DNA of 63,005 nt, counting the filler, from Basidiobolus ranarum (Eukaryota), in assembly GCA_040143965.1 (NCBI GenBank). It is 43 parts of 43 records of this genome, joined end to end, with 100 filler letters (N's around TTAATTAATTAA, not from the genome) between each part and the next. Parts side by side here need not be neighbours in the genome. Positions count along the whole stretch, not along the records: positions 60,183 to 61,544 come from JASJQH010005415.1; positions 61,645 to 63,005 come from JASJQH010005416.1; 41 more parts are not named here. One strand, given 5' to 3'. The translations under genes were made by a program, and so were the position numbers. Under the pieces are notes generated by a model. The model made no database searches. It was not told the origin of the DNA and saw nothing but the letters and a program-made list of their open reading frames with translations. Of the stretch, positions 61,262 to 63,005 are shown piece after piece. Each line of letters begins with the position of its first letter. Positions within the stretch are counted from its first letter, which is position 1.

Positions 61262-61544
61262 CCCTAACAGAAATTTGAAGATTGTTATTGTAGGAAGCCT
61301 TCTCAATTTTAATCCATTTGGGATTGAGTGTTTACTTACCATCATAAAATTGTCAAGTTAGATTCAATTTTAATCAATTTTTTCAGTTTCAGGAGTGAAA
61401 TTTCAAGATCTTGCAAAATAGTTGTGCATGATTGGCTAAAATCTCAGAGAACTATGGATCAACACATGTGCCATTTGCTTGAAAAAACCCAGGATAAGCC
61501 ATGTGAAATAAGTCAAGAACCTTCATAGTAATGCCTGGTTTTTG
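61262..61544 (+). mobile_element. CMC-like terminus CCCTAACAGAAATTTG inserted into the copia ORF
   Basis: Copia coding sequence stops abruptly at CCCTAACAG. Downstream sequence matches 24320 onward and 30262 onward. Confidence 0.75.
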
Positions 61545-61790
61545 NNNNNNNNNNNNNNNNNNNNNNNNNNNNNNNNNNNNNNNNNNNNTTAATTAATTAA
61601 NNNNNNNNNNNNNNNNNNNNNNNNNNNNNNNNNNNNNNNNNNNNTGGTGGGATAGTGCCATATTGTTCCTTATAGTGTCCGATCGAGTGTTATAGGACCC
61701 AGCCATGGTAATTGACAGATCGCGCCAGATGGTGTACTAGCAGGCTGGATCGAGCAGCACGATCTGACCTGGTCCGATGGAACAAGTCTA

Positions 61791-63005
61791 ATTTCTTGAA
61801 GATATCAAAGGCTGCATCCTTAATGGCCAGAAAGTATACCCAAGTATACTTTGTCTTATCATCAATCAAGGCCATAAAATACATTTTTCTGCCTAAGGAT
61901 TTTGTCTGCATGGGACCACACAGATCTGAGTGTATCATGCCCAATTTATGATCAATGTTGGTCATTCCAGAGCCCACAAATGGCTGTCTGTGTTGCCTAC
62001 CATATAGGCAACCTTCATATAGCTCCAGATCAGGTGAAATTACAAAATTTAGTCCCAAAATCATCTTGTTTTTGATTAAATTTCTCATATTTTCAGCTCC
62101 TAGATGACCCAATCTTCTATGCCAAATTTTCCAGTCCATTTCTTCAGCTGTGGCAGTATGAACTTGTTTATATATTAGCCTAATACAATGAAGTTTATAC
62201 AAGCTATTTTGCTTAGCTCCAGAAGCTACATAATTTCTTTTTTGATCCCTAATTGTAGAGCCATTTTGATCAAAATTAAAGCAATATCCCTCAGATGTAG
62301 CTTTACTCAATGATCACAAAATTTTTGCTATTCCAGGTACATATAGCAAATTTTTCAGTTTCAAATACATGTCCCCAGAAATGCCCCCAAGTTCCACTTA
62401 AATTTCTCCCACTCCCAGGGCCTCTATTGGCCAGTGATCTCCCATATAAACCTCCTTATTTATGTTTGTTTTGAGTGTCTTAAGCCAATTTTTTGCTTGG
62501 CAAAATGCTCAGAGGCTCCAGAATCAATATACCACAACCTATGGTCTTGTTCACTGTTCACTGATAGGGCTTAAATGAATAAAAATTCCTCTTTAGTTGA
62601 AGCCTGATTTGCTTGTTGCAACTTCTCATTTTTGTTGTAATTTCTTGATTTTCAATCTTATAACTTTTGTCCTGGCTTGTTACAACCATGGCATAAACCT
62701 GGTTTCCTTCTTTTGTAACCTTTGTACTTGCCAAAGCTATGTTTTCCAGCTCTAAAAAGAGCCACTTCCTCAGATTCTTTTTCATATTATTAATTCTGAG
62801 GTGTTGATCCATTAGCCTTGCCACCACAAACTTCAAAGACAACTTGTAGATCTTGCTTCCAAAGCTGTGACCAAGTTTGAATATTGTTCTGGTAGACTAC
62901 TTGGAAGAGTCATAATGACATCTTCTTCCTTTAGAGTTACACCAATATTTTCCAGTGGTTTTGCCAAAGATCTCACATTTGCAATATGAGTAACCATGCT
63001 TTGAG
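61791..63005 (-). mobile_element. Ty1/copia gag, protease and integrase start, degenerate
   Basis: WYIDSGASEH, WHRRLGHLG, MIHSDLCGPM, YFMALIDDKTKYTWVYFL. Confidence 0.93.

Overview
This is not contiguous DNA. It is an artificial concatenation of 43 short contigs (1375 bp falling to 1361 bp, sorted by length), joined by a 100-bp spacer N44-TTAATTAATTAA-N44, so nothing across a spacer can be treated as linked. The content is eukaryotic and fungal: short GT-AG introns with CTAAT/CTGAC branch points, CRM1, PPIH, NTR2-like, AKR1-like, PRO1, a sugar porter and tRNA-Leu(CAG). The AT-rich, TE-laden genome with a secreted subtilisin, an AA11-like LPMO and a CBM18 protein suggests an early-diverging, possibly entomophthoralean (Conidiobolus-like) fungus; this is inference only. 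About two thirds of the contigs are nested, CpG-depleted transposon debris: at least three Ty1/copia families (two reconstructable LTRs, half-tRNAiMet primer sites), Ty3/gypsy fragments, a CACTA/EnSpm-like DNA transposon with CCC termini and a divergent second ORF, an unclassified Myb/SANT-encoding repeat, and a tRNA-containing LTR-like element. The most striking host feature is a tandemly duplicated family of secreted proteins built from ~80-aa repeats, each with two Cys-bracketed amphipathic beta-hairpin-like motifs, with dibasic (Kex2-type) sites in some linkers.
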